This document shows positions 9,915 through 19,773 of a stretch of DNA of 64,000 nt, in pieces. How positions within the stretch are numbered: the first letter of the stretch is position 1; every line of letters begins with the position of its first letter. This DNA comes from Candidatus Altiarchaeota archaeon (GTDB lineage Archaea; Altiarchaeota; Altiarchaeia; IMC4; SCGC-AAA252-I15). The notes under the pieces are model-generated. The model was not told where the DNA came from, searched no databases, and saw nothing but the letters and a program-made list of their open reading frames with translations. Made by a program: the position numbers and the translations under genes. The stretch covers positions 1 through 64,000 of the forward strand of contig JAZDIN010000025.1 in NCBI GenBank assembly GCA_043804895.1, written 5' to 3'.

Positions 9915-10626
9915 CTAAAAGCTCCTTATCCACGCCGTAAAGCGGATGCTTCCTCGGGTCTCCAGCATAGTCTGCCAGTTCCCTGCACCTGTTCCTCTCC
10001 ATAGGATTCATGATGCTGTCGCAGTATTGAGCCTCCCTGCCATCAGCTGCCGCCATAATATAATATCTTGCCTCACAGTCGACCCTATTAGTCACGGTCT
10101 TATACGTTGCGCACACGTTGATGTTGCCGCGCCAGTACGCGAACTCTGCTGCGCAGTCCTCGCCAGGACTATTCTGGGCCTTAATGCACAACGTCATGTT
10201 GTTGCCGAGGAGCGCATACCATCTGATGCAGTCTTCGCTCCTCATCACCCCCTCACAAGCGTAAAATACCCCCGCAGCCCACGCCTCGCAGGCCCTCCTC
10301 TTGTATGCGAACCAGTCCGTGGCGTCGGAGTCCACTCTCGCACATTCGTCCGCGCCGTTGAACTTCGCCCTACAATAGAATGTCCTACAGTACCTGATAT
10401 CACCAGTCCCATAGGCTGCATCATCGTAGCATATCGCCTGCCAGAAGCTCGCATTCATCGAATCGCAAACTGCCAGAGCTGGTAGCGGCTTGATAGTCTG
10501 AATGGTGGTTGAGGTTGAAGTTGACGTTGAAATGGTGGTGTCCATGGTTGTGGTCGTGATGGCACCCTCGTCCGCGCTGATGCATCCTAACACAGCCACT
10601 ATCAGGAGCAAGATAAGCCTTCTCAT
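9904..10626 (-). CDS. Cys-rich repeat lipoprotein-like surface protein with Thr-rich linker
   Basis: VLGC lipobox-like N-terminus, TTTTMDTTISTSTSTSTT linker, periodic Cys repeats. Confidence 0.7.
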   Translation of the reverse strand: MRRLILLLIVAVLGCISADEGAITTTTMDTTISTSTSTSTTIQTIKPLPALAVCDSMNASFWQAICYDDAAYGTGDIRYCRTFYCRAKFNGADECARVDSDATDWFAYKRRACEAWAAGVFYACEGVMRSEDCIRWYALLGNNMTLCIKAQNSPGEDCAAEFAYWRGNINVCATYKTVTNRVDCEARYYIMAAADGREAQYCDSIMNPMERNRCRELADYAGDPRKHPLYGVDKELLGVS

Positions 10627-10629
10627 CTT

Positions 10630-11769
10630 CTAAAACCTGATTTCGATGTCGCACATCGGGTTCAGGGTCTTCACCAGCTCCTCAACTTCTTTCTTCTCTA
10701 TGCTCAGCACAACGCCAGCTATGTTCTTAAGCCTTATATTGTTTATGAGGAAGTGGGTGAATTCCTTCACGCTCTTCTCAGTGTTGTAGATGAGTAGGCT
10801 GCTCAGGGAGTCGAGGAATAGGAATTTCTTCTCCTTTCTGACCCTGTCGAGCATCCTGTCCAGGTACATGCTCACCTCCTCAAGTGAGCTTGGATTCTCA
10901 ACGAACACGACATTATCGTCCCCTCCCTGCGGTGCCTTGCCTGCAGTCAGGCTGATGCAGTCTATGAAGTACACGTCCTTCTGCGGCACATTCGCCTCCT
11001 TCATCGCAGTCCTTATGAACTCGTACGGCTTCGTGATGTTCAGGTAGACGCCGCCCATGCCGCGCTGGTTGACTAGTATGTCCATCATGTTGGTCACGAC
11101 TGCTGTGTGGTTCTCGCTCTTGGCCGAAACCAGCACCACCGTGTTCGCCCCCATCTCCTTTAACATAACATTAAGCTTGGTTTTGATGTCCTCCATCTGC
11201 CGTTTAGGCTCCTCATGGATGATTCTCCGCTCACCAGCGACTGCTGAGGGCGCGCTCTTGTCTCCGATGCGTTCTCCTATCTCCCTAATCAGCGACTGTA
11301 GTTCCGGTGTCATGCCTGTTGGTATTATCACCGAGGCACCGCCCCTTCGTGAAATCCTGAAGTAACCCCTCATCGAAGGCACGAACTTTGAGAGGCAGTA
11401 AAGGCCGTAGGCTGCTGAAAGCACCATAACCACCTTGAGCAAAAGCTCTGTCGGCAGAGTGCCGGAAAGCTCAGGCAGGTACTTCCTTAAGATCCCCTCT
11501 ATCGGGTCAACCAGTGCTAGACCCCAGTCGCTGTATATAATGACTGTTGATACTGTCAGAGACACTATCGCCCTTGTCAGCTCCCCCCATGCTATTGACG
11601 TGACGTGCTCGATGTTGTTCACGTCGCGGTAGTCTATCTCGCTGAAGGACTGCGGGAACCTCCGGAAGCAGATTATGTGCTTGCCGGTGGTTGCGATATC
11701 ATAGCCTCCTATGCTGTGTTTGCCTATGACTTCCTCGTCCTTCGGGACGTAATCCAGGAGGTCCATCAC
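10630..11769 (-). CDS. Membrane protein: PH-like domain with TM hairpin plus C-terminal inactivated KaiC/RecA-like domain
   Basis: C-terminal YFIDCIS, PSSLEEV and LFLDSLSSLLIYN without a Walker A; two TM helices in the N-terminal half. Confidence 0.7.
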   Translation of the reverse strand: MMDLLDYVPKDEEVIGKHSIGGYDIATTGKHIICFRRFPQSFSEIDYRDVNNIEHVTSIAWGELTRAIVSLTVSTVIIYSDWGLALVDPIEGILRKYLPELSGTLPTELLLKVVMVLSAAYGLYCLSKFVPSMRGYFRISRRGGASVIIPTGMTPELQSLIREIGERIGDKSAPSAVAGERRIIHEEPKRQMEDIKTKLNVMLKEMGANTVVLVSAKSENHTAVVTNMMDILVNQRGMGGVYLNITKPYEFIRTAMKEANVPQKDVYFIDCISLTAGKAPQGGDDNVVFVENPSSLEEVSMYLDRMLDRVRKEKKFLFLDSLSSLLIYNTEKSVKEFTHFLINNIRLKNIAGVVLSIEKKEVEELVKTLNPMCDIEIRF

Positions 11770-12479
11770 TCCATCTCTGCCTTGAACATCGGCAAGAGAA
11801 CTATCCCATTATCCATTATCTTCATGACCTGTTTGTTCCTGCTGTGGGCGACCCCCCTCATCTTGATGACCTGCAGCGTCCTAATAAGTTCGCCCTTCCT
11901 CTCAACGTCGCTCAACAGTATGACGCCATCCGCTATGAACTCCTCAACCCCGAACATCGAATACTTGAACGTCTGCGGCGGAGTCTCCGATATCATCATC
12001 GTAGTGCATCCGAGGTACGTGAGCTGGTGGCCCAATTCCAGTATGAAGTCCCTTATCCTGTCCTTGTCGCCTATGCTCTCGCACAACGCGGTTATCGAGT
12101 CTATCGCCACGTGTGTTGCGCTGGCATCCTCAACGATGTCGCGTATGATCTTTATCAGCTCCTCCACGTTGCTGAAGTCAACGCCCCTGAGCCTCACATC
12201 CTGTGTCATCTCAACAACCTTGATTCTACCGTCCTTCACGAAACTCGGGTTGTAGAATTTGAACGAGCTGATGCTGCTTAACATCTTCTCAGCAGGCTCA
12301 ACCAATGAGATGTACGCCCCCCGTCCCCCTTCTGCAGCGCCCCTGAACAGGAACTCATGGCACAACACAGTCTTCCCGGTCCCGCAGCTTCCGGCGACAA
12401 GCACGCAATGCCCCTTAGGTATCCCCCCAACAAGAATCTCATCAAGGCCCTTTATGCCTGTCTTCACCATTTCTGACAT
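11766..12479 (-). CDS. KaiC-like single-domain RecA-superfamily ATPase
   Basis: KTGIKGLD, GSCGTGKT, AIDSIT, IADGVILL, VIKMRG motifs. Confidence 0.92.
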   Translation of the reverse strand: MSEMVKTGIKGLDEILVGGIPKGHCVLVAGSCGTGKTVLCHEFLFRGAAEGGRGAYISLVEPAEKMLSSISSFKFYNPSFVKDGRIKVVEMTQDVRLRGVDFSNVEELIKIIRDIVEDASATHVAIDSITALCESIGDKDRIRDFILELGHQLTYLGCTTMMISETPPQTFKYSMFGVEEFIADGVILLSDVERKGELIRTLQVIKMRGVAHSRNKQVMKIMDNGIVLLPMFKAEME

Positions 12480-12516
12480 TCTCGTTAATTATGAGGCCTG
12501 TATATTAAATACGGGC

Positions 12517-13278
12517 TCAGGAGCGTTTGAGCACCACAAGCAAGTAGGCTGTTGCAAGCGCGAACGCCAAGGCAGTGCCAAGGTAAACCCCTACTGCTGG
12601 GTAGGCCACTGAGACGACAAGCGAATACAACACAACTGAGATAAGGCCCCCCGGGACGTTCTTTATGACTGTGTGGGCGCGCTCCTTCCCGTAGGTTAAG
12701 TGGACTATCATTATGAGCGGGAAAATGGTCGTCGGAAAGGAGGAGAAAAGGCCTGCCCAAGAAGGACCGACCGCGGCTGCAACGGATGTGATGGAAACTA
12801 TCATAAAGGCCGCAAACAAAGCACGCGCCAAAAGCACACTAAAGCCGAGCCTTATCCTCCCCCCAATCTTTACGTCTTCTACTCCTTTGAACAGCCGTGT
12901 GAAAACGACTATCGAGCAGATTGTGATGGCTGCAGCAATGAGCCTGCCGACGTCAATCAAATGAAGAGGCCACACGACCGCGAAATACCCTGCGATGGCG
13001 ATGAGAGATGAGACTACGATGTTGAACCTCCTCGAAGACCTCCAGTACAAGTAGATGAACGACTGCGTCGCAACCAAACCAAGTATATTATACACAGAAC
13101 TGTCAGCAGCAAAATCTGGCCCCACCTCCAACCCATAAAAGAACAGGGTGATGGCCGAGCCGATAGGATAACCTGATAGTACCCCCGCGGCCTTCGGACT
13201 CACCAACTCAGCGACAAGGGACAAGAGAACAACAGCAAACACGGCGACAACTAGCTTAACAACCAACAGACAAAGCAT
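12517..13278 (-). CDS. Multi-pass membrane protein of unknown function
   Basis: About 8 hydrophobic helices; internal repeat GVLSGYP / GLFSSFP. Confidence 0.7.
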   Translation of the reverse strand: MLCLLVVKLVVAVFAVVLLSLVAELVSPKAAGVLSGYPIGSAITLFFYGLEVGPDFAADSSVYNILGLVATQSFIYLYWRSSRRFNIVVSSLIAIAGYFAVVWPLHLIDVGRLIAAAITICSIVVFTRLFKGVEDVKIGGRIRLGFSVLLARALFAAFMIVSITSVAAAVGPSWAGLFSSFPTTIFPLIMIVHLTYGKERAHTVIKNVPGGLISVVLYSLVVSVAYPAVGVYLGTALAFALATAYLLVVLKRS

Positions 13279-13360
13279 GTCAACTACTCACCATTACCAC
13301 CGTTCCCCTTCCGGTAATCACTAAAATCCACCTCTAAGGCCGCTTTCATGAACCTGTCCA

Positions 13361-13469
13361 TATTTATCATAAAAAGCGCAGAATATGCGACATTTATGTC
13401 GCAGATGAATGTATACCCCTATTGCGCTTTTATGATAAATACCCCAGCCTTAGGCTGCGGGTATTTATC
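13361..13469. repeat. Nested inverted repeats in a divergent intergenic region
   Basis: TATTTATCATAAAAAGCGCA...TGCGCTTTTATGATAAATA enclosing TGCGACAT-TT-ATGTCGCA; overlapping GATAAATACCC...GGGTATTTATC enclosing CAGCCT-T-AGGCTG. Confidence 0.8.
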
Positions 13470-13509
13470 CCCTTATTGTCCGTATAATATTGTAGGCAAC
13501 ACTAAAAGA

Positions 13510-14037
13510 ATGGTTACTGGTGTCTTGGACAGGCCGCCCACCCATGTTGGGCATAAGGATGAAGCAGTACGGAATTTTGCCAATCTAGTCTCTGCCGCAG
13601 TTGAGGAGATACTCAAAAATCCAGACTCCCATTTCCACCAGCATAATTTCTCGAATGCCAGAGCCTTAGACGAAGCCGAGCGTGCGCTCATGAGGAGGGG
13701 GCTTCATGACGATGAAAAGTCACTATCCCAGATGATAAAGGATATCCTGGATGCAAAAAAACAAGAACCAAAACAAATAAAGATGCCTACCCCGAGTGCA
13801 TTTAGTCCCATTATACAGGGTATTACTGATAGGGAGAGAAGTTACCTCTCTGAGGGTGGTGTTCTCCCAGCAGGGGATTTTGGCACCCTCGTCGATGAAA
13901 TGATAACCCATCAGTCTCAAGGCAGCGGAAGGAAAGTAAACCAGAAAATAGCGGACCTTAAAAACGTCCTGCAGGAAAGGGCGAAATCATACCTTCCTGG
14001 AAGCCAAAATTATGGCCATTTGCCAGGGTTGAGGTAG
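13510..14037 (+). CDS. Hypothetical protein (orphan)
   Basis: ORF; start reset to ATG 13510 because the upstream extension crosses the palindromic intergenic region. Confidence 0.6.
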   Translation: MVTGVLDRPPTHVGHKDEAVRNFANLVSAAVEEILKNPDSHFHQHNFSNARALDEAERALMRRGLHDDEKSLSQMIKDILDAKKQEPKQIKMPTPSAFSPIIQGITDRERSYLSEGGVLPAGDFGTLVDEMITHQSQGSGRKVNQKIADLKNVLQERAKSYLPGSQNYGHLPGLR

Positions 14038-14832
14038 TCACTTCCTGTCTGCGATGCTTTTGAAGAATTTCAGCCCCTCTCCTTCTTTGTATTCCTTCCT
14101 CGTCCAGTCGGCCTGTTGAGTCTTTTCCACTACTCTCTCCGGGTGCGGCATCATGCCGAGGACATTGCCTTCTGGGTTGCAGATTCCTGCGATGTCAGCG
14201 AGCGCTCCGTTCGGATTCCATGGGAACACTCCTTCGGCCGCTCGTCCGTCCGGGTGGCAGTATGTGAACACAATTTGCTTGTTCCTCCTCAGTCTCGCGA
14301 GTACCTCCTCGTTTCGGTCGCCGAACGTGAGCCTACCCTCCGCGTGGGCGACAGGGACCTGCATGATTGTTCCCTCGCTTATCCCCTCCGTTATCTTACA
14401 TCTGCTGTCATGTCGTATGTAACTTGGCCTACACTGGAATCTCCCGTCAGCATTGATGGCAAGCACGGCTTCAGGGTATTCGCTCATGCCGTTGAACCCT
14501 GGGAGGAGGCCTATTTCAACGAGGATTTGGAATCCATTACAGACCCCGATTATCGGTTTCCCCTCCCTCATAAAGTCGTTGAGTTCCCCACCTAGCCTGC
14601 TTTTCAGCCTAGCTGCGAAAATCGCCCCCGCCCTGATGTAATCACCAGCACTCCATCCTCCGGGTATGAACAGTATGTCATAGTCTGAGAGCGTTCTCCT
14701 CCTCTCCCTGACACAATTCCCACTCAGCTGCTTCAGGTGCACCTTCTCAGCTTCTATGCCGACTGCCTTGAACGCTCTAATCGCGTCATCCTCGCAGTTG
14801 GTGCCTTCGATGAACATCACACAGGCTTTCAC
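14038..14832 (-). CDS. purQ: FGAM synthase glutaminase subunit
   Basis: GTNCE, PGGWSAGDY, GVCNGFQIL, PVAHAEG, GMMPHPER; GTG start overlaps purL stop. Confidence 0.96.
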   Translation of the reverse strand: MKACVMFIEGTNCEDDAIRAFKAVGIEAEKVHLKQLSGNCVRERRRTLSDYDILFIPGGWSAGDYIRAGAIFAARLKSRLGGELNDFMREGKPIIGVCNGFQILVEIGLLPGFNGMSEYPEAVLAINADGRFQCRPSYIRHDSRCKITEGISEGTIMQVPVAHAEGRLTFGDRNEEVLARLRRNKQIVFTYCHPDGRAAEGVFPWNPNGALADIAGICNPEGNVLGMMPHPERVVEKTQQADWTRKEYKEGEGLKFFKSIADRK

Positions 14833-17135
14833 TTCGGCACCTCCCTTGCGACTGCACTCGCCCACCTGTCTCTCGCCTCATCCAAGTCCAATTCGACCTT
14901 GACTTTGCCGTCGAATATCTTTATTCTCCTGCCGCCAACAACCCCCAGTCTCGTGCACTTCACAATCTTCTCGAACTTCTTCGCATCCTCTGGTTTCACT
15001 TCAACGAGCCATCTGCCGTTGGATTCGCTGAACAGTTTCACGTCAGACCTCAGTTTCCCAATCCTTTTCAAGTCGACTTCAGCGCCTATGTCGCCGCCGA
15101 AGCACATCTCAGCCAATGCTGCGAATAGTCCGCCTTCGCTCAGGTCGTGGCATGCCTTCACAAGTCCCTTATTCATCGCAGACCTGATTTTCCTGGATTT
15201 TTCGATAGTCTTAGCAGGTTTCACCTTAGGCACTGAACCGCCTTTGATTTTGAGCATCCGAAGATACTGTGAACCCCTCAACTCATCAAGGGTTTCACCA
15301 ACAAGATACAGTAAGTCGCCCTCTGCCTTCAAATCCGACGTCACACACTTCCTAACATCCCCCGCTATGCCGACTGTGAGCAACGTAGGAGTCGGAGCAA
15401 TCGGGCCTGCAGCGCTCTCATTATACAGGCTGACGTTGCCTGAGACGAAAGGAACTCCGAATGCCTTGGCTGCGAAGTGGAGTCCCTCACACGACCGTTT
15501 GAAGTCTCCAAGCCTCTGAGGCTTCTGGGGGTTGCCGAAGTTGAGGCAGTCGACTATCGTGTGCGCTCTGGCGTTCACAGCAGTCATGTTGCGGACAGCC
15601 TCATCAACCGCGCTTGCAGACCCCCAATACGGGCTCTCAGCGCAAAGGTGCGGGTTAACGTCCGAGCTTACCGCAAGGCCTTTGAAACTCTCCTCAAGCG
15701 GTTTTAGTACGGTAGAGTCGCCGTGCGACTGTTTGTTCACAACCCCTTGCATTGGCTTGATGACGGTGTTACCCCTTACCTCATGGTCGTAGCGTCGTAT
15801 CACCGACTCTTTGCTGCCTATGTTTGGAAGCGACAGCAAATCAAGGCATGCCTTCTTGAGGCCAGGCATCTTGAACCTCGCCTTACTGTCCTTCGCCTCA
15901 ACAACCTTCCAAGGCCTGTTATAGCAGACACCTGCTATCAGGAAATCCAAGTCCAGGTTCAACACTTCCCTGCCCTGATACACTGCCTTAATCCTCTTTG
16001 AACCGTCGACCCTCCCGACTACCGCTGCGGGCACATCCCAGAAGTCGAATATCTCAAGGACCTTATCAACGTCCTTGGGCTTCACGCTCATCATCATCCG
16101 CTCCTGGCTTTCAGAAACCCATATCTCCCACGGCGCAAGTCCAGGCTCCTTCAGCATTATCCTGTCAAGGTCCACTGTCGCTCCAAGGCCTGCTGCATGG
16201 GCCATCTCAGCTGCTACGCAGCTTAGGCCTCCGCCGCCGAAATCCTTAAGTCCTGTGAGTAGTCCCTTCTCGTTCGCCTCAAGGCATGCGTGCATCAGCG
16301 GCTCCTTCATTATAGCGTAGCCAAGTTGCACCGCTGGCCTGCTGGTGTCTTCGCTTTTGTCGTGGAGTTCAGCTGAGGCGAATGTGACCCCGTGTATGCC
16401 GTCCCTGCCGGTCTTCCCTCCAGCCAGTATGTACACGTCGCCTCTCCCTCCAGCCCTGCTGTGCACGACCTTATCCTTCCTCACCATCCCAACGCAGCCT
16501 ACGTTGACGAGGCAATTCCCCACATAGCTTTCGTCGAAGAAGACCATGCCAGCTACTGTCGGTATTCCGACCCTGTTGCCGTAGTCCGCTATCCCTGATA
16601 CGACTCCGTTGAAAAGGTACATCGGACGCTTCACACCTGAAGGCAGTTTCCTCTCAGGATAGTCCAATGGGCCGAAGAATAGGGGGTCCACTAGTGCTAT
16701 CGGCTGCGCCCCCATGCACACGATATCCCTGAGTATCCCGCCTACTCCAGTTGCTGCTCCGCCATACGGGTCCAAGGCCGACGGGTGATTGTGTGACTCG
16801 ATCTTCACGACATACGCCCACTCCCCCTCAAAGTCGACGACAGCCGCATCCTCTGATATCGCGCAAATAACATCCTTACTCTTGATTGTGAAAATCGTCT
16901 TCTTCAGTATCGGCCTGCTAGTCTTGTAACAGCAGTGTTCGCTCCAACTCTGCGCGAACGCCTCCAACTCCACATCCCTCGGATTACGTCCCTCCCTCTT
17001 GAAATGGTCCCTGACCATCCGCATCTCATCCAACGAGAGGCCGAGCTGCCGTTCAGCACTCAACTTATCAAGCTCCCTGTCCGAGGCTCCGAGGACGTCA
17101 ACCTCAAAGACGTTATCCAACACCTTCTTGTACAA
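14829..17135 (-). CDS. purL: FGAM synthase large subunit
   Basis: WSEHCCYK, ESHNHPS, GRDGIHG, SESQERM, DCLNFGNP, VSGNVSLYNE. Confidence 0.97.
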   Translation of the reverse strand: MYKKVLDNVFEVDVLGASDRELDKLSAERQLGLSLDEMRMVRDHFKREGRNPRDVELEAFAQSWSEHCCYKTSRPILKKTIFTIKSKDVICAISEDAAVVDFEGEWAYVVKIESHNHPSALDPYGGAATGVGGILRDIVCMGAQPIALVDPLFFGPLDYPERKLPSGVKRPMYLFNGVVSGIADYGNRVGIPTVAGMVFFDESYVGNCLVNVGCVGMVRKDKVVHSRAGGRGDVYILAGGKTGRDGIHGVTFASAELHDKSEDTSRPAVQLGYAIMKEPLMHACLEANEKGLLTGLKDFGGGGLSCVAAEMAHAAGLGATVDLDRIMLKEPGLAPWEIWVSESQERMMMSVKPKDVDKVLEIFDFWDVPAAVVGRVDGSKRIKAVYQGREVLNLDLDFLIAGVCYNRPWKVVEAKDSKARFKMPGLKKACLDLLSLPNIGSKESVIRRYDHEVRGNTVIKPMQGVVNKQSHGDSTVLKPLEESFKGLAVSSDVNPHLCAESPYWGSASAVDEAVRNMTAVNARAHTIVDCLNFGNPQKPQRLGDFKRSCEGLHFAAKAFGVPFVSGNVSLYNESAAGPIAPTPTLLTVGIAGDVRKCVTSDLKAEGDLLYLVGETLDELRGSQYLRMLKIKGGSVPKVKPAKTIEKSRKIRSAMNKGLVKACHDLSEGGLFAALAEMCFGGDIGAEVDLKRIGKLRSDVKLFSESNGRWLVEVKPEDAKKFEKIVKCTRLGVVGGRRIKIFDGKVKVELDLDEARDRWASAVAREVPK

Positions 17136-17387
17136 TCAAACCACCGTCACAGAATACTCCTGTATCACAGGATTCGCAAGAAGCCTCTTCGATGCTCCAT
17201 CCATCACGGACACGGCCTCAGCCTTCGACTTCGCCTCCACAACAACCCTGTAAACCTTCACCGAGTCAACCCTCCTCACCTCATAACCCAACAGGCCGAG
17301 ACTCTTTTGCACAGTCTCCCCTTCAGCATCCAACGCGCCCTTCTTCAGGCAAACACGCACCTCAACAGTAAACTCCACAAAAATCAC
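17136..17387 (-). CDS. purS: FGAM synthase subunit PurS
   Basis: LDAEGETV and LLANPVIQEY motifs; directly upstream of purL (start may be GTG at 17378). Confidence 0.93.
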   Translation of the reverse strand: MIFVEFTVEVRVCLKKGALDAEGETVQKSLGLLGYEVRRVDSVKVYRVVVEAKSKAEAVSVMDGASKRLLANPVIQEYSVTVV

Positions 17388-17424
17388 CCGAGGATAAGAA
17401 TTAGAGAATCAGTAAATAAATCAC

Positions 17425-18003
17425 TCAGATTTTATCCCGTATTTTCGCGTCGTAGATGAGGTCTTCTAGTTTGGCGAGGTTCCATTTCACAGCGTCTGAT
17501 TTCTTCCTGGTTTCTCCGCCGTCGAGGTCGAGGCTTAGCATCAGGCCGTATATTTCGTGGACTGTGTCCCTGAGTTTGGCTGCGTGTTTGTATCTTTCGT
17601 TCACCATGTCGTCCACTCCTTTGCGCATCAACTCGCCAGTCAAATCAGACAGGCCGTTGAGGTAGGTTTCGCTGTCGACTTTCAGTTGACCGCGGGTTGG
17701 TATCCTCTCCCTGGTCATCACATGATAGTAGGTGACTGCTTCCACGTACTCCTGGAGTCCGAGTGTGTACGGGTAGTATGCTTTCAGCCTTGGAGTGTTG
17801 CCGAGTTTCTCCAGTTTCTTCCGTTCAACGTCGATTTTGCCTAGGAATCTTTTGGCTGCTTTCATGTCGCCCCGGTGTATCGAGTATATGAGCTCCTTCG
17901 AGGATTTCACCACCTCCCTGGACTGTTTCATAAGCTCGATTCTGCCCCTGCTGAGCCTGTCCAAGTCCTTGCGTATCGAAGCTGACTCGCCTTTTTCTAG
18001 CAT
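17425..18003 (-). CDS. Translin/TRAX family protein (archaeal C3PO-like)
   Basis: QEYVEA, YLNGLSDLTGELMR and RKKSD motifs; start reset to ATG 18003. Confidence 0.88.
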   Translation of the reverse strand: MLEKGESASIRKDLDRLSRGRIELMKQSREVVKSSKELIYSIHRGDMKAAKRFLGKIDVERKKLEKLGNTPRLKAYYPYTLGLQEYVEAVTYYHVMTRERIPTRGQLKVDSETYLNGLSDLTGELMRKGVDDMVNERYKHAAKLRDTVHEIYGLMLSLDLDGGETRKKSDAVKWNLAKLEDLIYDAKIRDKI

Positions 18004-18056
18004 ATTAAAATAACGGCAAACGCTCTTAATAACATCTGATACAAGTATTATCCAAG

Positions 18057-19139
18057 ATGGTTTCAATCGTTGTCGGCGGCCATTACGGTGATGAGGGTAA
18101 GGGTAAAGTCGTATCCTACCTTGCGCTTAAAGACAACCCAACGTGCATAGCCAGGGCGGGTGTCGGCCCCAACGCAGGCCACACGGTCTGGCATGAAGGG
18201 AAAAAATATGGCCTTAGGATGATAAGCTGCGGATTCGTGAACCCCAAATCCAAGATTTTCATAGGAGCTGGAGTGTTGGTTGACATTAAACGCCTCACAG
18301 ATGAGGTGGAGTTGACCTCAACCAAAGGTCGCGTCTTCGTCGACAAGAGGTGCATCGTCATAGACGAGGAGCATAAGGCGGCTGATGCCGGGGAAGGCAG
18401 CAAAAAGATTGGGACGACAGGCTCCGGGTGCGGGCCAGCGAATGCGGCACGCGTTAACCGAGTCGCTAAACAGGCTAAGGATTATCCTGAGCTTAGGCAG
18501 TACATCACTGATGTCGCTGAGACCGTGAACGACGCCATCGACGCAGGGGAGGAGGTGATAATCGAAGCCAGCCAGGGATTCGGCCTAAGCCTCTACTTTG
18601 GAAATTATCCCTATGTCACAAGCAAGGACACATCAGCCTCCTCCGCAGCAGCAGACATCGGAGTCGGCCCCACAAGGGTCGACGAAGTGTACGTTATCTA
18701 CAAGGCCTACATGAGCCGCGTTGGCGCGGACCCCTTCATACACTACCTCACTGACGAGGAAGTAAAGGATTCAAAAGTCTGGTCTGATGCTCTGAAAAGG
18801 GCTGAGGCTGCCGGATTCCAGGGGACGACCAATGAGAAGATAGCATCATACTTCAAGGAGGTTGGGACAGTAACAGGGAGGCCGAGGAAGATAGGGTCAT
18901 TCGACTTCAAACTGGCAAGATACTCAGCCAGAGTTAACGGTGCGACGCAGATATGCGTCACCTGCCTGGACAAACTGTTCCCAGAATGCGCTGGAGTCAG
19001 GGACATAAGAAAGCTCTCGAAGGATGCGCGCTCGCACGTGAGGGAGATTGAGGATAAAGTGGGCGTTAAGGTTACATTGATATCGACAGGGCCTGACGTA
19101 TACGATGTTATAGACTTGAGGGATGGACTTACAGGCTGA
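18057..19139 (+). CDS. purA: Adenylosuccinate synthetase (short archaeal type)
   Basis: GDEGKGK, GPNAGHT, IGTTGSGCGP, GTVTGRPR, ISTGP. Confidence 0.97.
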   Translation: MVSIVVGGHYGDEGKGKVVSYLALKDNPTCIARAGVGPNAGHTVWHEGKKYGLRMISCGFVNPKSKIFIGAGVLVDIKRLTDEVELTSTKGRVFVDKRCIVIDEEHKAADAGEGSKKIGTTGSGCGPANAARVNRVAKQAKDYPELRQYITDVAETVNDAIDAGEEVIIEASQGFGLSLYFGNYPYVTSKDTSASSAAADIGVGPTRVDEVYVIYKAYMSRVGADPFIHYLTDEEVKDSKVWSDALKRAEAAGFQGTTNEKIASYFKEVGTVTGRPRKIGSFDFKLARYSARVNGATQICVTCLDKLFPECAGVRDIRKLSKDARSHVREIEDKVGVKVTLISTGPDVYDVIDLRDGLTG

Positions 19140-19773
19140 GTTTGAGCAGGAGCGCGCGCGCAGGATAACACTGGAGGATGAACTTGCCTTCTGGCTTAAG
19201 GGTGCCATGGAGAAGCTGACTCCTGAGGAGCTGGCGATGACGGTTGAAAGGCAGCAGGTGGAGACGCTCACATACCATCTCCTCAAATCCAGGCAAACTA
19301 TCAACGATTTGAACGCGAAACTCAGCTCAAAAGACAAGGAATTAACCTTAGCAGCCGAAAAAATCACCCGCTTGGAAGGTGACTTCGAGTCTAAAAAAAG
19401 GGAGGTCGAAGGATTGAGCGCCTCACTGAAGGTCTCGGAGTCTGAGCTGGAGAAGCTGATTGGAGAAAGAAGTGGGGGGGAGGGGGTTGATGCCCTCCTA
19501 TCACCCTCCGGAGTAGGACAGAACATCACCCAGACTAAAACACAACTAACTCCTAAGGAGAAGGAGCAGCCGAAGAATGTCAAGGACTTCCTGCAACTCA
19601 TGAAGCGGATAGGTCGCATCAAACTAATCGATGCTGCAATACTACTCGACGTCAAACCAACAGTCGTTGCAAAGTGGGCTGAGCAGTTTAGTGGGAGAGG
19701 GTATTTGTTGATTGAGGGGACTTCTGACCGGCGGGTTCTTCTGGCCACTGAAAGGCTTATCGGATTAAGATGA
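19123..19773 (+). CDS. Coiled-coil protein with C-terminal winged-helix domain
   Basis: Heptad-rich N-terminal half; IKLIDAAILLDVKPTVVAKWAEQFSGRGYLLIE wHTH-like C-terminus. Confidence 0.65.
   Translation: MDLQAEFEQERARRITLEDELAFWLKGAMEKLTPEELAMTVERQQVETLTYHLLKSRQTINDLNAKLSSKDKELTLAAEKITRLEGDFESKKREVEGLSASLKVSESELEKLIGERSGGEGVDALLSPSGVGQNITQTKTQLTPKEKEQPKNVKDFLQLMKRIGRIKLIDAAILLDVKPTVVAKWAEQFSGRGYLLIEGTSDRRVLLATERLIGLR

Noticed and set aside
11766-12479. Circadian clock KaiC
   Set aside because: It has a single ATPase domain and no kaiA/kaiB nearby; it is a generic archaeal KaiC-like ATPase.
13348-13509. Upstream extension of the 13348 ORF
   Set aside because: It runs through the palindromic AT-rich intergenic region; ATG 13510, just after a TATAATA-like box, is more plausible.
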